Shown here in pieces: positions 18,508-27,977 of a stretch of 64,000 nucleotides of DNA. The notes below the pieces were generated by a model. The model saw only the letters and a program-made list of their open reading frames with translations, was not told the DNA's origin and searched no databases. Made by a program: the position numbers and the translations under genes. The stretch lies in the NCBI GenBank assembly GCA_045537615.1, contig JAZSPV010000060.1:6852-70851 (forward strand), read 5' to 3'. This DNA is from Faecousia sp. (GTDB lineage: Bacteria; Bacillota; Clostridia; Oscillospirales; Oscillospiraceae). How positions within the stretch are numbered: the first letter of the stretch is position 1; each line of letters begins with the position of its first letter.

Positions 18508-18692
18508 TGGATATTCGGTTGGGTGATATTTTAACCATGAAGAAACCACATCCCTGCGGCGAAAAAAAGTGGTTGGTACTGCGAACAGGTGCAGATTTTC
18601 GCCTCCGTTGTACAGGTTGCGGCCATGAAGTTATGATTCCGCGCTTTAAAGCCGAAAAAAATATCCGAATGGTGGAGCGAACAGAACAATAA
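18507..18692 (+). CDS. DUF951 family protein
   Basis: GDILTMKKPHPCG..W.VLRTGADFRLRC.GCGH. Confidence 0.92.
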   Translation: MDIRLGDILTMKKPHPCGEKKWLVLRTGADFRLRCTGCGHEVMIPRFKAEKNIRMVERTEQ

Positions 18693-18714
18693 AAAACTTT
18701 CCGACAGGAACAAT

Positions 18715-18747
18715 CGGCAGCTGAGAAAATCAGCTGCCGTAATTTTT
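18715..18747 (+). terminator. terminator hairpin
   Basis: cggcagctga-gaaaa-tcagctgccg followed by a T tract. Confidence 0.65.
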
Positions 18748-18818
18748 TATTTCTGCACCGCTGGGGAAGAAGCAGGTGTCTGCAAGGACGATTTCTAGGG
18801 CTGACAACGCTCACGGAT

Positions 18819-18851
18819 TTGACGTGTTTTTCGTATAGGGGCTTGTATACT
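18819..18851 (+). promoter_or_regulatory. spoIIG-type long-spacer sigma-A promoter, probably Spo0A-dependent
   Basis: TTGACG-N21-TATACT, resembling the over-long-spacer B. subtilis spoIIG promoter. Confidence 0.5.
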
Positions 18852-18880
18852 GTTGCCATAGCTTTCCGGGAGGTGTCAAT

Positions 18881-19654
18881 ATGCAAGTACCCATCGGTAT
18901 GGTCGTTCTTTTGGATTTCATTGTAAACATCCTGCTGCTGCTTGGGGCAGAACGCATGTGCGGCTATCCAACAAACTGGGGCAGAACAGCCTTGGCTGCG
19001 GCTGTTGCCGGTGTACACGGCGGCGCATGCCTCTTGCCGGGATTCGCCTTTCTTGGGAATGTATTGTGGCGCTTTGTATTTCTTGGGTTAACTGCTTGGA
19101 TCGCATTCGGTTTTTCTGTTAGCGGGGTGCGCCGTGGTCTGCTGTTTGCCTTGCTCCACCTGGCATTGGGCGGTATAACCATCGGCCTGGATAAGGGCGG
19201 TTTTTGGATACTGCCAATCGCAGCAGTCGGCATGTTTATTCTATGCTCTTCCTGGATTTTTGGGGGAGTAACGGACAAGACTTATATTCCGGTGGAGCTG
19301 CGATATCAGGACAAGCATCTGCATCTAACAGCACTTGCCGACACAGGCAATACGCTGAGGGACCCAATTACTGGCAGCCCTGTTTTGATCGTTGGATCGG
19401 AGGTGGCCTGCCAATTGTTGGGGCTCACAAGGCAGCAGCTTCAACGGCCTGCTGAATCAATATCCGGTGCCGGCATACCGGGATTGCGGTTGATACCCTA
19501 TCGGTCCGTAGGACAGCCCTGTGGGATGTTGCTGGCATTGCGGTTGAAGGAGGTGAAAATTGGAAAGTGGCAGGGTAGTTCCCTGGTGGCCTTTGCACCG
19601 GATCCGCTGGGCAAGGAAGGGGTATTTCAGGCGTTAACAGGAGGAACAGTATGA
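18881..19654 (+). CDS. spoIIGA: pro-sigma-E processing aspartic peptidase SpoIIGA
   Basis: N-terminal TM segments, DTGNTLRDP catalytic motif, RLIPYRSVG; overlaps sigE start. Confidence 0.92.
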   Translation: MQVPIGMVVLLDFIVNILLLLGAERMCGYPTNWGRTALAAAVAGVHGGACLLPGFAFLGNVLWRFVFLGLTAWIAFGFSVSGVRRGLLFALLHLALGGITIGLDKGGFWILPIAAVGMFILCSSWIFGGVTDKTYIPVELRYQDKHLHLTALADTGNTLRDPITGSPVLIVGSEVACQLLGLTRQQLQRPAESISGAGIPGLRLIPYRSVGQPCGMLLALRLKEVKIGKWQGSSLVAFAPDPLGKEGVFQALTGGTV

Positions 19655-20361
19655 TAAAGGAAGCCATTCAATTTCTCGTGCAATTTATCTTTTGTAAAAG
19701 AGAAGTCCTGTATTACATAGGAGGTGCGGATGTGCTTCCGCCTCCATTAAAAGGCGAACAGGAGCGACAAGCGCTGGAAGCATTGGACCGGGGGGAAGAA
19801 GCAGCCAAGCAGCTTCTGATCGAAAGGAATCTGCGGCTGGTGGTGTTTATTGCCCGTCGGTTTGAGAACACGGGAATCAACATGGAGGATCTGATCTCCA
19901 TCGGCACTATCGGGCTGATTAAGGCCATCGGCACTTATCGCACCGATAAAAATATTAAGTTGGCTACCTATGCTTCCCGTTGTATCGAAAATGAAATACT
20001 CATGCATATTCGCAAGATCTCCAATCAAAAAACGGAAGTGTCGCTGGACGAACCCATTAATATGGATTATGACGGCAACGAACTATTACTGTCTGATATT
20101 TTGGGAACAGACGAGGATATGATTTTACGCCCACTGGAGGATGACGTGGATCTGTGTCTGCTGCGGCAGGCTGTGAAGGAACTACCGAGTCGGGAACGAC
20201 AAATTGTGATGATGCGTTTTGGACTGGAAGGCACACAGGAACTGACACAAAAGGAGGTAGCGGCAAAATTAGGGATTTCCCAGTCGTATATTTCCCGGCT
20301 GGAGAAGCGAATTATGCTGAGACTGCGTAAGGAGATTTTGCGGCAAACAAGCTGTGTATAA
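19651..20361 (+). CDS. sigE: sporulation sigma factor SigE (pro-form)
   Basis: [61 protein letters not shown]. Confidence 0.97.
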   Translation: MIKEAIQFLVQFIFCKREVLYYIGGADVLPPPLKGEQERQALEALDRGEEAAKQLLIERNLRLVVFIARRFENTGINMEDLISIGTIGLIKAIGTYRTDKNIKLATYASRCIENEILMHIRKISNQKTEVSLDEPINMDYDGNELLLSDILGTDEDMILRPLEDDVDLCLLRQAVKELPSRERQIVMMRFGLEGTQELTQKEVAAKLGISQSYISRLEKRIMLRLRKEILRQTSCV

Positions 20362-20451
20362 ATAGGCTCTTGAAAATACAGCGGATTTTTGCTATAATCA
20401 GTACAAAAGCATATCGATATGTTTTTGTACCGATTAAAAAGGAGTGGTGGC

Positions 20452-21090
20452 ATGGAACGGAAGGAAATCTCCAAATCAGTGTTGAAGCGATTGCCCGGAT
20501 ACCTTTCATACCTAAAGAATATTCCGGAAGACACAACGCCTTATATTTCCGCAACAGCCCTTGCAAACGCCCTGAATATGGGCGAGGTGCAGGTCAGAAA
20601 AGACCTTGCCATGGTGTCTGATGGCGGCCGGCCCAAGGTGGGCTACCTGCGGGAAAGCTTGATCGAGGATATCAGTCAGTTTCTTGGTTACGACAATACC
20701 ACCGATGCTATTTTGGTGGGAGCGGGTAAACTGGGGCAGGCCTTGCTGGACTACACAGGCTTTTCGGCATACGGGCTGAATATCCTGGCTGCCTTTGATG
20801 TGCTGCCGTCTGTGCAGGAGACATCGGCTGGCAGACAAATCTATCCTATGGAGCAGCTGGAAGGGTTCTGTAGGCAGAATAAGGTTCTTATGGCAATTAT
20901 CACAGTGCCGGCATCCCATGCCCAAACGGTCTGTGACAGGCTCATTCAATGTGGGATCAAGGCTGTTTGGAACTTTGCACCCACTCACTTGGATGTTCCA
21001 AAGGGCATCCTTGTTCAGAACGAAAATATGGCAACCTCCCTGGCGGTGCTGTCTATGCACCTGCAGGCACAGATAAAGGATAATAAATAA
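20452..21090 (+). CDS. rex: redox-sensing transcriptional repressor Rex
   Basis: KRLPGY, QVRKDL, GAGKLG, WNFAP motifs. Confidence 0.93.
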   Translation: MERKEISKSVLKRLPGYLSYLKNIPEDTTPYISATALANALNMGEVQVRKDLAMVSDGGRPKVGYLRESLIEDISQFLGYDNTTDAILVGAGKLGQALLDYTGFSAYGLNILAAFDVLPSVQETSAGRQIYPMEQLEGFCRQNKVLMAIITVPASHAQTVCDRLIQCGIKAVWNFAPTHLDVPKGILVQNENMATSLAVLSMHLQAQIKDNK

Positions 21091-22100
21091 TGGAATATAG
21101 AGTACTTGGTAAAACCGGGTTAAAGATCTCCCGGCTTGGTTTTGGAGGAATCCCTATTCAGCGCATTGATGCTGAGGGTACAAAAACATTGCTTCGGCAG
21201 CTTCGTGATGCCGGAGTGAACTACATAGACACGGCCCGGGGCTATACAGTCAGTGAAGAATATTTGGGATATGCCCTGGAGGGAATCCGTCAGGACTTTG
21301 TTATTGCAACAAAAAGCATGGCACGGACAAAAGATGCCATGGCTGCAGATATTGAAACCAGCCTCAGAAACTTGAGAACAGATTATATTGATCTGTATCA
21401 GATCCACAATCCCGGCCCCGCGGATCTGGAAACAGTCATGGGCCCCGGTGGTGCACTGGAGGCGCTGATGGAGGCCAAAACAGCAGGAAAGATCGGCCAT
21501 ATTGGTATTACCTTGCATCTTGTGGAACTGTTTTCTAAGGTGCTGGATTATGAATGGGTAGAGACGGTTATGTTCCCATACAACATCGTGGAAACCCAGG
21601 CAGATGAACTGATCCGAGCATGCACGGACCGTAACATTGGCTTTATTGATATGAAGCCGTTGGCAGGCGGTGCCATTGATGATGCTACACTTGCCCTGCG
21701 GTTTATTGCCTCCAATCCGGATGTGACAGTAGTGATACCCGGTATGGCAGAACCCCGGGAAGTGGAGCAGAATTTGGCAGCAGTCAGCAACACGTCGCCC
21801 CTTACTGAACAGGAGCAGGAAAAAATAGAAGCCATCCGCAGCAGCCTGGGAACACAGTTTTGCCGCCGTTGTAACTATTGTGCGCCCTGTAGTGTGGGAA
21901 TCTCTATACCTGCGCAGTTTTTGTTTGAGGGTTACTATACCCGTTACGATTTAAAGGATTGGGCCAGCCAGCGCTACCAAGCACAAGGAAAGAATGCTTC
22001 TGACTGTATTGAATGTGGTGTCTGTGAAAGCCGTTGTCCTTACAATCTTCCCATTCGTGAAATGATGAAACGCGTAGTGAATTGCTTTGGCGGAAGATAA
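21090..22100 (+). CDS. aldo/keto reductase with C-terminal 4Fe-4S dicluster domain
   Basis: LGKTGLKISRLGFG, DTARGY, TDYIDLYQIH; CRRCNYC..C and CIECGVCESRCP. Confidence 0.92.
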   Translation: MEYRVLGKTGLKISRLGFGGIPIQRIDAEGTKTLLRQLRDAGVNYIDTARGYTVSEEYLGYALEGIRQDFVIATKSMARTKDAMAADIETSLRNLRTDYIDLYQIHNPGPADLETVMGPGGALEALMEAKTAGKIGHIGITLHLVELFSKVLDYEWVETVMFPYNIVETQADELIRACTDRNIGFIDMKPLAGGAIDDATLALRFIASNPDVTVVIPGMAEPREVEQNLAAVSNTSPLTEQEQEKIEAIRSSLGTQFCRRCNYCAPCSVGISIPAQFLFEGYYTRYDLKDWASQRYQAQGKNASDCIECGVCESRCPYNLPIREMMKRVVNCFGGR

Positions 22101-22120
22101 ATGCAGATGTATAAAAAGAG

Positions 22121-22152
22121 GGAGCTGTCGCATGATGCGGCAGCTCCTTTTT
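22121..22152. terminator. bidirectional terminator
   Basis: ggagctgtcgca-tga-tgcggcagctcc-ttttt. Confidence 0.75.
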
Positions 22153-22154
22153 GA

Positions 22155-22349
22155 TTACTGCATGCCCTGCTCGTAAGCCTCGATCATCTTCTTGACCATC
22201 TGGCCGCCGACAGAACCTGCTTCGCGGCTGGTCAGGTGACCGTTGTAGCCGTTGGTCAGGTTAACGCCAACCTCGGAAGCAGCCTGCATCTTGAAGCGGT
22301 CCATAGCTTCACGTGCCTGAGGGACATTGATCTGGTTGTTGTTCTTCAT
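22155..22349 (-). CDS. alpha/beta-type small acid-soluble spore protein
   Basis: VPQAREAMDRFKMQAASEVGV...LTSREAGSVGGQMVKKMI. Confidence 0.95.
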   Translation of the reverse strand: MKNNNQINVPQAREAMDRFKMQAASEVGVNLTNGYNGHLTSREAGSVGGQMVKKMIEAYEQGMQ

Positions 22350-22512
22350 AACTCTCTCTCCTTTTGCTTTTTTTGACGGTTTTATCCGCCGCAACCATAG
22401 CTTTGCCGAATTTTACAAGAATATAAATGTTTCTTTTCGGAAGAAAATGCAAAATATGGGTTGTGTCATAACATAACAAAACCGAACGGTGAGACTGTGG
22501 TGGGCCCTTTTG

Positions 22513-22540
22513 CACCATTTTTAAACGCCTGCATACCATA
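22513..22540 (+). promoter_or_regulatory. putative sigma-K (mother cell) promoter of the SOD gene
   Basis: AC-N16-CATACCATA. Confidence 0.45.
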
Positions 22541-22556
22541 GAACGAGGTGAAGTGT

Positions 22557-23015
22557 ATGCGCTTAATTTCCCAGTGGCCTGCGGCAATTGCCCGTATCAA
22601 AGGCAACGAATCCAATTCCGGGTTAAGAGGGGTCGTTCGTTTTTATCAGTTCACCGGCGGTGTGATGGTGGAAGCTGATATTACAGGATTGCCGAATAAC
22701 GGCGCTGGATTTCATGGATTCCACATTCACAGCGGGGCTGCCTGTAAAGAGGATGACTTTTCTACAACCGGCGGACATCTTGATCTGGCCGGCAGGCCCC
22801 ATCCTCTCCACACGGGAGACCTGCCGCCCTTGCTGTCCCGTAACGGACGGGCTTATTTGGCTGTACTCACAGACCGTTTTTCCATTTCGGACATTGCAGG
22901 TCGTACTGTTGTAATCCACCATGGCGCAGACGATTTTCATTCCCAGCCTGCAGGCAATGCTGGAGAAAAGATTGCTTGCGGTGTAATACAGAGGTGCCAA
23001 AATAAAATGCAATAA
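22557..23015 (+). CDS. Cu/Zn superoxide dismutase family protein, no signal peptide
   Basis: GFHGFHIH, GGH, HTGDLP, VVIH..ADDF, GNAGEKIACGVI. Confidence 0.9.
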   Translation: MRLISQWPAAIARIKGNESNSGLRGVVRFYQFTGGVMVEADITGLPNNGAGFHGFHIHSGAACKEDDFSTTGGHLDLAGRPHPLHTGDLPPLLSRNGRAYLAVLTDRFSISDIAGRTVVIHHGADDFHSQPAGNAGEKIACGVIQRCQNKMQ

Positions 23016-23203
23016 AAGTATAGAATTTTATAAGGTGTTACGGCTCTCGTTGTCAAAGGAGATCTTCTCGGTATTGTTGAAGCTGTCAAAAAACAAGGCC
23101 ATGATAATACCTCTGGCGCTTATGGTTTTGTGTCGACAGTTTAGGATAACAGCTGTCAGGGGTCTGGCCGGGGAGATCAAAATAAAAACAACAGTTAGCA
23201 AGA

Positions 23204-23236
23204 AAAAAGGTAGGCACGTACTGTGCCTACCTTTTT
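23204..23236. terminator. terminator of gltX
   Basis: aaaaaggtaggcac-gtact-gtgcctaccttttt. Confidence 0.8.
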
Positions 23237-23254
23237 GATATATCTGTATATCAC

Positions 23255-24901
23255 TTATTTCAATGTATCCATTACCTTACGAATCCGGTCAACAGTTCTG
23301 TCGTAGCCGAGAATTTGGATGACTGCGTACAGATCCGGGGAATTGGTTTTACCTGTGACAGCCTGGCGGATAAAGGTGGACACATCGGCCACGGTGCCGG
23401 GGAAGACAGTGGGATCAGCCTTATAGGCCTTCATATCTGTGGTAAAGCCCATTTCCTCGGTGATTGCCTTAACTTTGTCGAACCACACGCCGGAATCGTC
23501 CTGGATGTCGAATCGGTCCAGAAATTTCTGCAGTGCTGTTGCTACGGTCTGTTTGCTGAATTTCTCGTCAAAGACCGGGACCTCCAAATATTCATCAAAG
23601 AAGAAACTCATGTAAGGCTTGGCTTCCTTCCAGGTAGCCATATCCTTGCGGGGCTTTTTACCGCCTCTGCCGATAGCCAAAATAGCCTTGGTATAAGCAG
23701 GGTCAGCGGTGAGCATAGCTGCAAAATCCGCGTCAAACTCCTGGGCCCACTGTGTCAGAAGTTCGTAAACTGTGTCCGCATCCATTTTCGCGATCTCATT
23801 CTTACTTACGTCGGTCAGCTTGGCATAATCAAACAGGCTGCCGGCAGGGTTCAGCTTCTTGGGGCTAAACTTGAAATCGTCTGCTGACGCCGCGGGATTG
23901 GCCCTGCGCCAGTCCTCAAAGTTCGAGTTGAGAATGGTCATGATATACTCATAAACGGCAGCTACAGGGAAGCCCTCGGCCTTGTAGAAGGTCAACGCCA
24001 GCTCAGGGTCCTTGCGTTTACTGAGCTTACGCTTGGAGGCACCGTCCATTTTCATCAGCGGACCGATGTGAACATATTTAGGAAGTTTAAAGCCCAGGGC
24101 CTTAAACAGCTGAATGTGGAAGGGCAGAGTAGGCAGCCATTCATCACCCCGGACCACATGGGTGGTGCGCATCAGGTGATCGTCAACGGCGTGGGCAAAG
24201 TGATAAGTGGGAATGCCATCAGATTTCAGAAGCACATGGTCCACATCGTTCTCTGTGATAGTCAGCTTACCTTTGACAAGGTCATCAAATTTATACTGAT
24301 TTTCAATAGAGCCGGTGGAGCGGAAACGCAATACCCAGGGGTTGCCTGCCGCCAGCTGTGCCTGAATGTCTTCAATGGGGCGGTCCCGCCACATGGCGTA
24401 TTTGCCGTAGTAACCGGTATTTTCCTTGTTTGCCTCCTGCTGTGTGCGCATATTTGCAAGCTCCTGCTCTGTGCAGAAACAGGGATAAGCCATACCTTCT
24501 TCCACCAGCTTCTTGGCATAAACATGGTAAATATCTGCTCTCTGGCGCTGACGATAAGGACCGTAGTCACCGGCATCTCCGTCAAAAGTAGCGCCTTCGT
24601 CAAAGCAAATGCCGTAGTGCTTTAGTGTGTCGATCAGCACTTCCACAGCACCGGGGACCTCACGTTTGGCGTCTGTGTCCTCCACACGCAGGAACAGCAC
24701 GCCACCGGATTGATGCGCCATTCTCTCTGCCGTCAGGCCCTGAACAAGGTTGCCCAGGTGAACAAAGCCGGTGGGGGAGGGAGCCATACGCGTGACAACT
24801 GCGCCTTCCGGAAGTTGACGTTCGGGATAGCGTGCCTCCAGAATCTCAGGGGTGTCGGTAACCTGGGGGAACAGCAGATTTGCTAACATTTTATAATCCA
24901 T
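23255..24901 (-). CDS. gltX: glutamate--tRNA ligase
   Basis: RMAPSPTGFVHLG, RVEDTD, HVVRGDEW, KLSKRK. Confidence 0.96.
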   Translation of the reverse strand: MDYKMLANLLFPQVTDTPEILEARYPERQLPEGAVVTRMAPSPTGFVHLGNLVQGLTAERMAHQSGGVLFLRVEDTDAKREVPGAVEVLIDTLKHYGICFDEGATFDGDAGDYGPYRQRQRADIYHVYAKKLVEEGMAYPCFCTEQELANMRTQQEANKENTGYYGKYAMWRDRPIEDIQAQLAAGNPWVLRFRSTGSIENQYKFDDLVKGKLTITENDVDHVLLKSDGIPTYHFAHAVDDHLMRTTHVVRGDEWLPTLPFHIQLFKALGFKLPKYVHIGPLMKMDGASKRKLSKRKDPELALTFYKAEGFPVAAVYEYIMTILNSNFEDWRRANPAASADDFKFSPKKLNPAGSLFDYAKLTDVSKNEIAKMDADTVYELLTQWAQEFDADFAAMLTADPAYTKAILAIGRGGKKPRKDMATWKEAKPYMSFFFDEYLEVPVFDEKFSKQTVATALQKFLDRFDIQDDSGVWFDKVKAITEEMGFTTDMKAYKADPTVFPGTVADVSTFIRQAVTGKTNSPDLYAVIQILGYDRTVDRIRKVMDTLK

Positions 24902-25044
24902 GGTGCATACCTCTTACTTTCCGTTCTTTTGGAAAACTGAATTTGCCCTATTATAACATGTAGCTGGCAGCAAAGTCAATTTCTCGTTGCGTTTTTCTTC
25001 CTGTTGTGGTAGAATACAGGAAATTATGAAAAGAGGCGGATGTT

Positions 25045-26055
25045 ATGGAAGAAGTCATGCAACCAAAGAAGAGAATGCTCTCCGGCATTCAGCCCAGTGG
25101 TGACCTGCATCTGGGTAATTACCTGGGCGCTATTAAGAACTGGAGCGCCCGGTCTGAACTGTATGAGTGTTTCTATTTTATGGCAGATATGCACACCATC
25201 ACCGTGCGTCAGACACCGGCAGACCTGCGCCGTCGCACGTTGGAGCAGCTGGCTCAGTATATTGCGTGCGGCCTTGACCCGGAGAAGAACACCTTGTTTG
25301 TCCAGAGCCATGTACATCAGCATGCGGAGCTGGGCTGGGTGCTGAACTGCTATACCATGTTCGGCGAGCTGAGCCGTATGACCCAGTTTAAGGACAAATC
25401 CGCCAAAAATGCAGAAAATATCAATGGCGGCCTGTTCACTTATCCTGCCCTGATGGCTGCGGATATTTTGCTGTATCAGCCGGATCTTGTTCCCGTAGGT
25501 CACGATCAGAAGCAGCATTGCGAGCTGACACGTGATGTTGCGCAGCGGTTCAACGGTATTTATGGGGATGTCTTCAAAATTCCCGAACCTTTCATTCCCG
25601 AGACCGGTGCCCGTGTTATGAGTTTGAACGCTCCGGAAAGTAAAATGAGCAAGTCCATGCCGGAAGGATGCGTATTCCTTATGGAAAGCCCTGAGGATAT
25701 TCAGAGAAAGTTCAAGCGGGCTATTACAGACAGCGATACGGAAAACTGTATCCGATTCGACCCGGAACATAAGCCCGGTGTTGCCAATTTGATGTCTATC
25801 TATTCTGCTGTTACCGGCAGAACCTTTGAGCAGATCGAGGCGGAGTTTTCCGGTCAGGGATACGGCAAGTTCAAGCCTGTTGTGGGAGAAGCTGTAGTGG
25901 AAACACTGCGTCCCATCCGTGAGGAGGCAAGCCGCCTTTTGAAGGATAAGGCATATTTGGAGAATGTTTACCGTTCCGGCGCAGAAAAGGCCAGCTATGT
26001 GGCAGAAAAAACACTGCGCAAGGTATACAAAAAAGTGGGATTTCTTGCAAGATAA
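25045..26055 (+). CDS. trpS: tryptophan--tRNA ligase
   Basis: SGIQPSGDLHLGNY, YPALMAADIL, VPVGHDQ, KMSKS. Confidence 0.98.
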   Translation: MEEVMQPKKRMLSGIQPSGDLHLGNYLGAIKNWSARSELYECFYFMADMHTITVRQTPADLRRRTLEQLAQYIACGLDPEKNTLFVQSHVHQHAELGWVLNCYTMFGELSRMTQFKDKSAKNAENINGGLFTYPALMAADILLYQPDLVPVGHDQKQHCELTRDVAQRFNGIYGDVFKIPEPFIPETGARVMSLNAPESKMSKSMPEGCVFLMESPEDIQRKFKRAITDSDTENCIRFDPEHKPGVANLMSIYSAVTGRTFEQIEAEFSGQGYGKFKPVVGEAVVETLRPIREEASRLLKDKAYLENVYRSGAEKASYVAEKTLRKVYKKVGFLAR

Positions 26056-26057
26056 CA

Positions 26058-26092
26058 AAAATATGCCGCGTTTTTGCAACGCGGCATATTTT
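26058..26092. terminator. bidirectional terminator
   Basis: aaaatatgccgcgtt-tttgc-aacgcggcatatttt. Confidence 0.8.
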
Positions 26093-26093
26093 A

Positions 26094-26480
26094 TTACATG
26101 AAAAAGTACAGAGCAAGAGTAAGCAATGCATTGTTCCGCTCCGCCTCGTTGTCACCGGCCATAAGCAGGAGCAACAGGATAATCAGAAGATCCGCAGTAT
26201 CAATATCCCGTGGCAACAACTGCTTAAAAAAACCCATAATGCTGTCGGCATTCCCTGGGGGATGGTTATTGGAAGCATGTCGTTGCCTTGGCGGTGGCTT
26301 GGAGACGCAGGTATCTTCTCTGAGAGGGCTTTTTGGCTCATTTGCTGGCTTATGAGCAGATGTTTTTGCCTTTGGTGGAGGTTGCCATGATTGTGGCGGA
26401 GAAACAATGGCTTCCGGAACCCGGTTTTTGCGGTATGACCCGTCCGGTTGTGGGATGTAACGATTATACAAGGGTATCAC
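26094..26480 (-). CDS. hypothetical Pro-rich protein with hydrophobic C-terminus
   Basis: GTGA overlap with the upstream gene; DLLIILLLLLM...LLTLALYFFM tail. Confidence 0.7.
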   Translation of the reverse strand: MIPLYNRYIPQPDGSYRKNRVPEAIVSPPQSWQPPPKAKTSAHKPANEPKSPLREDTCVSKPPPRQRHASNNHPPGNADSIMGFFKQLLPRDIDTADLLIILLLLLMAGDNEAERNNALLTLALYFFM

Positions 26481-26842
26481 CTGCCTGTGTTGAACTGAAA
26501 ACCGGGGTTGCTGAGAAAGGTGGATGCCATATTTGCCATTTTCGCAGCGCGCATGGCTTTTTCCAGTTTCGTGATTCGCTCCCGGCTAAGATAGGGTGTC
26601 AGTGCAGAAAGTAATGTTTGCTGATTTTTATCGATATGGCTTTGCCCTGCAAGTCCTGACAGCTTTTGCACCATGGAAAGATCAATATCCGGCATAGAAA
26701 AAGAGCTTTTATCCTGCTTTTGCTGAGGTGCGTTGTCTTGTGCTGGCTGTGATTGGTTTAGTGACTGTGCCATGGACATGATTTTTTGCATCATTTCGGG
26801 ATTTCCTAAAATGGCATTCATTTGGTTTTGCATGTCGTCCAT
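26477..26842 (-). CDS. hypothetical protein
   Basis: RBS GGAGG; MNAILGNPEMMQKIMSMAQSL...LLSALTPYLS. Confidence 0.75.
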   Translation of the reverse strand: MDDMQNQMNAILGNPEMMQKIMSMAQSLNQSQPAQDNAPQQKQDKSSFSMPDIDLSMVQKLSGLAGQSHIDKNQQTLLSALTPYLSRERITKLEKAMRAAKMANMASTFLSNPGFQFNTGR

Positions 26843-26845
26843 GGC

Positions 26846-27070
26846 TCAGCCTCCCAACTGCTGTAAAAGCTTTTTTGCTTCATCAGATGCAAACAGGGGT
26901 TCCAGGGATTGCTTTGCTTGGGAAAAGTCACCGCTGGATGCCTGTTGCATTGCTTTGCGCAGTGCCTCCGGGTCCGATTTCTGCAGCATAGCCAGAAGCT
27001 GCTGACCGGCAGGACTACTTGCCAGCTGCATGACATCCTGCATGGAAAAGTTGTCTGAATTTTTCTGCAT
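26846..27070 (-). CDS. small hypothetical protein
   Basis: RBS AGGAGG; first gene of a tight 3-gene operon. Confidence 0.75.
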   Translation of the reverse strand: MQKNSDNFSMQDVMQLASSPAGQQLLAMLQKSDPEALRKAMQQASSGDFSQAKQSLEPLFASDEAKKLLQQLGG

Positions 27071-27126
27071 TGCATTGCCTCCTGTCTAATTGTCTGCTAT
27101 AATAAAAGCCATATTGTGTTCAATGC

Positions 27127-27155
27127 TATTATATGCCTGAGAAGAACGGATGGTG
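27127..27155 (-). promoter_or_regulatory. putative sigma-K promoter of the 3-gene operon
   Basis: Minus strand CACC-N16-CATATAATA matches the mACm-N16-CATAnnnTA consensus. Confidence 0.5.
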
Positions 27156-27159
27156 TACT

Positions 27160-27648
27160 ATGAAAATACTTGTTCTTTCCGATTCCCATGCGGCGCTGCA
27201 ATTTATGCGTCTTTGCATCGAAAAAATAAATCCTGACCAAGTGGTCCACCTTGGAGACCATTATGATGACGGACAAGCTATGGCAGAGCAGTATCCCAAT
27301 ATCCGCTTTCATCAAGTTCCCGGTAACTGTGACCGCTATCGTTGCGATCCGTATCAGCCGGAGATTTTATGCTACAATATTGCCGGTGTGCGTACCTATA
27401 TGACCCATGGCCACAAACACTTTGTAAAAGCCGGTGACTACCAATTGGTTGCAGAAGCCCGTCTGGCAGATGCAAAGCTGATCCTGTACGGCCATACCCA
27501 CCAGGCTGCATGCTATCGTACTGAGGATGGAATTTGGGTCTTAAACCCAGGCACCTGTGGTAGCTTTGGTGGCAGTGTCGGTCTGGTCGAGGTTGAAAAC
27601 AAAGAAATATCCTCCTGCCGTGTGCTGCGACAGGAGGATGTGTGTTAG
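27160..27648 (+). CDS. YfcE/MJ0936-family metallophosphoesterase
   Basis: SDSH, HLGD, GNCD, THGH, GHTH, NPG motifs. Confidence 0.92.
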   Translation: MKILVLSDSHAALQFMRLCIEKINPDQVVHLGDHYDDGQAMAEQYPNIRFHQVPGNCDRYRCDPYQPEILCYNIAGVRTYMTHGHKHFVKAGDYQLVAEARLADAKLILYGHTHQAACYRTEDGIWVLNPGTCGSFGGSVGLVEVENKEISSCRVLRQEDVC

Positions 27649-27815
27649 GCTAATACCAGCCAAAACAATGTTGCTGCGGAAAGACCTGCACCGACTGCGC
27701 CCATTACAAGAAGGTCCAGAAACTTATGGAACATTTCCTTCCTGGTGGCGGCGTTGGGGTGGGGGATATTCTGTCGCATTTGCATGGTTGTGGGACGAAT
27801 AACAGCTGTTTTCAT
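27645..27815 (-). CDS. 56-aa small protein with C-terminal TM helix
   Basis: RBS AAGGAGGT before ATG 27815; it is the tail of the spurious 227-aa track ORF. Confidence 0.65.
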   Translation of the reverse strand: MKTAVIRPTTMQMRQNIPHPNAATRKEMFHKFLDLLVMGAVGAGLSAATLFWLVLA

Positions 27816-27977
27816 TTCGGTTACCTCCTTGGTGTTTTTGATGATATAAGGATACACTATAATAAGTACAAAAAAACGGACTGAATGAATGGTGGAAGTT
27901 GAAAAATATCCGTCTTGCATCCTTGTAAATAATATGCTATGATATAAAAAATGATGATAACCGACGGAGGTGTGGCT

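Noticed and set aside
16663-18549. 628-aa minus-strand ORF
   Set aside because: Antisense shadow of the CobW-like gene and rarA; no recognisable motifs.
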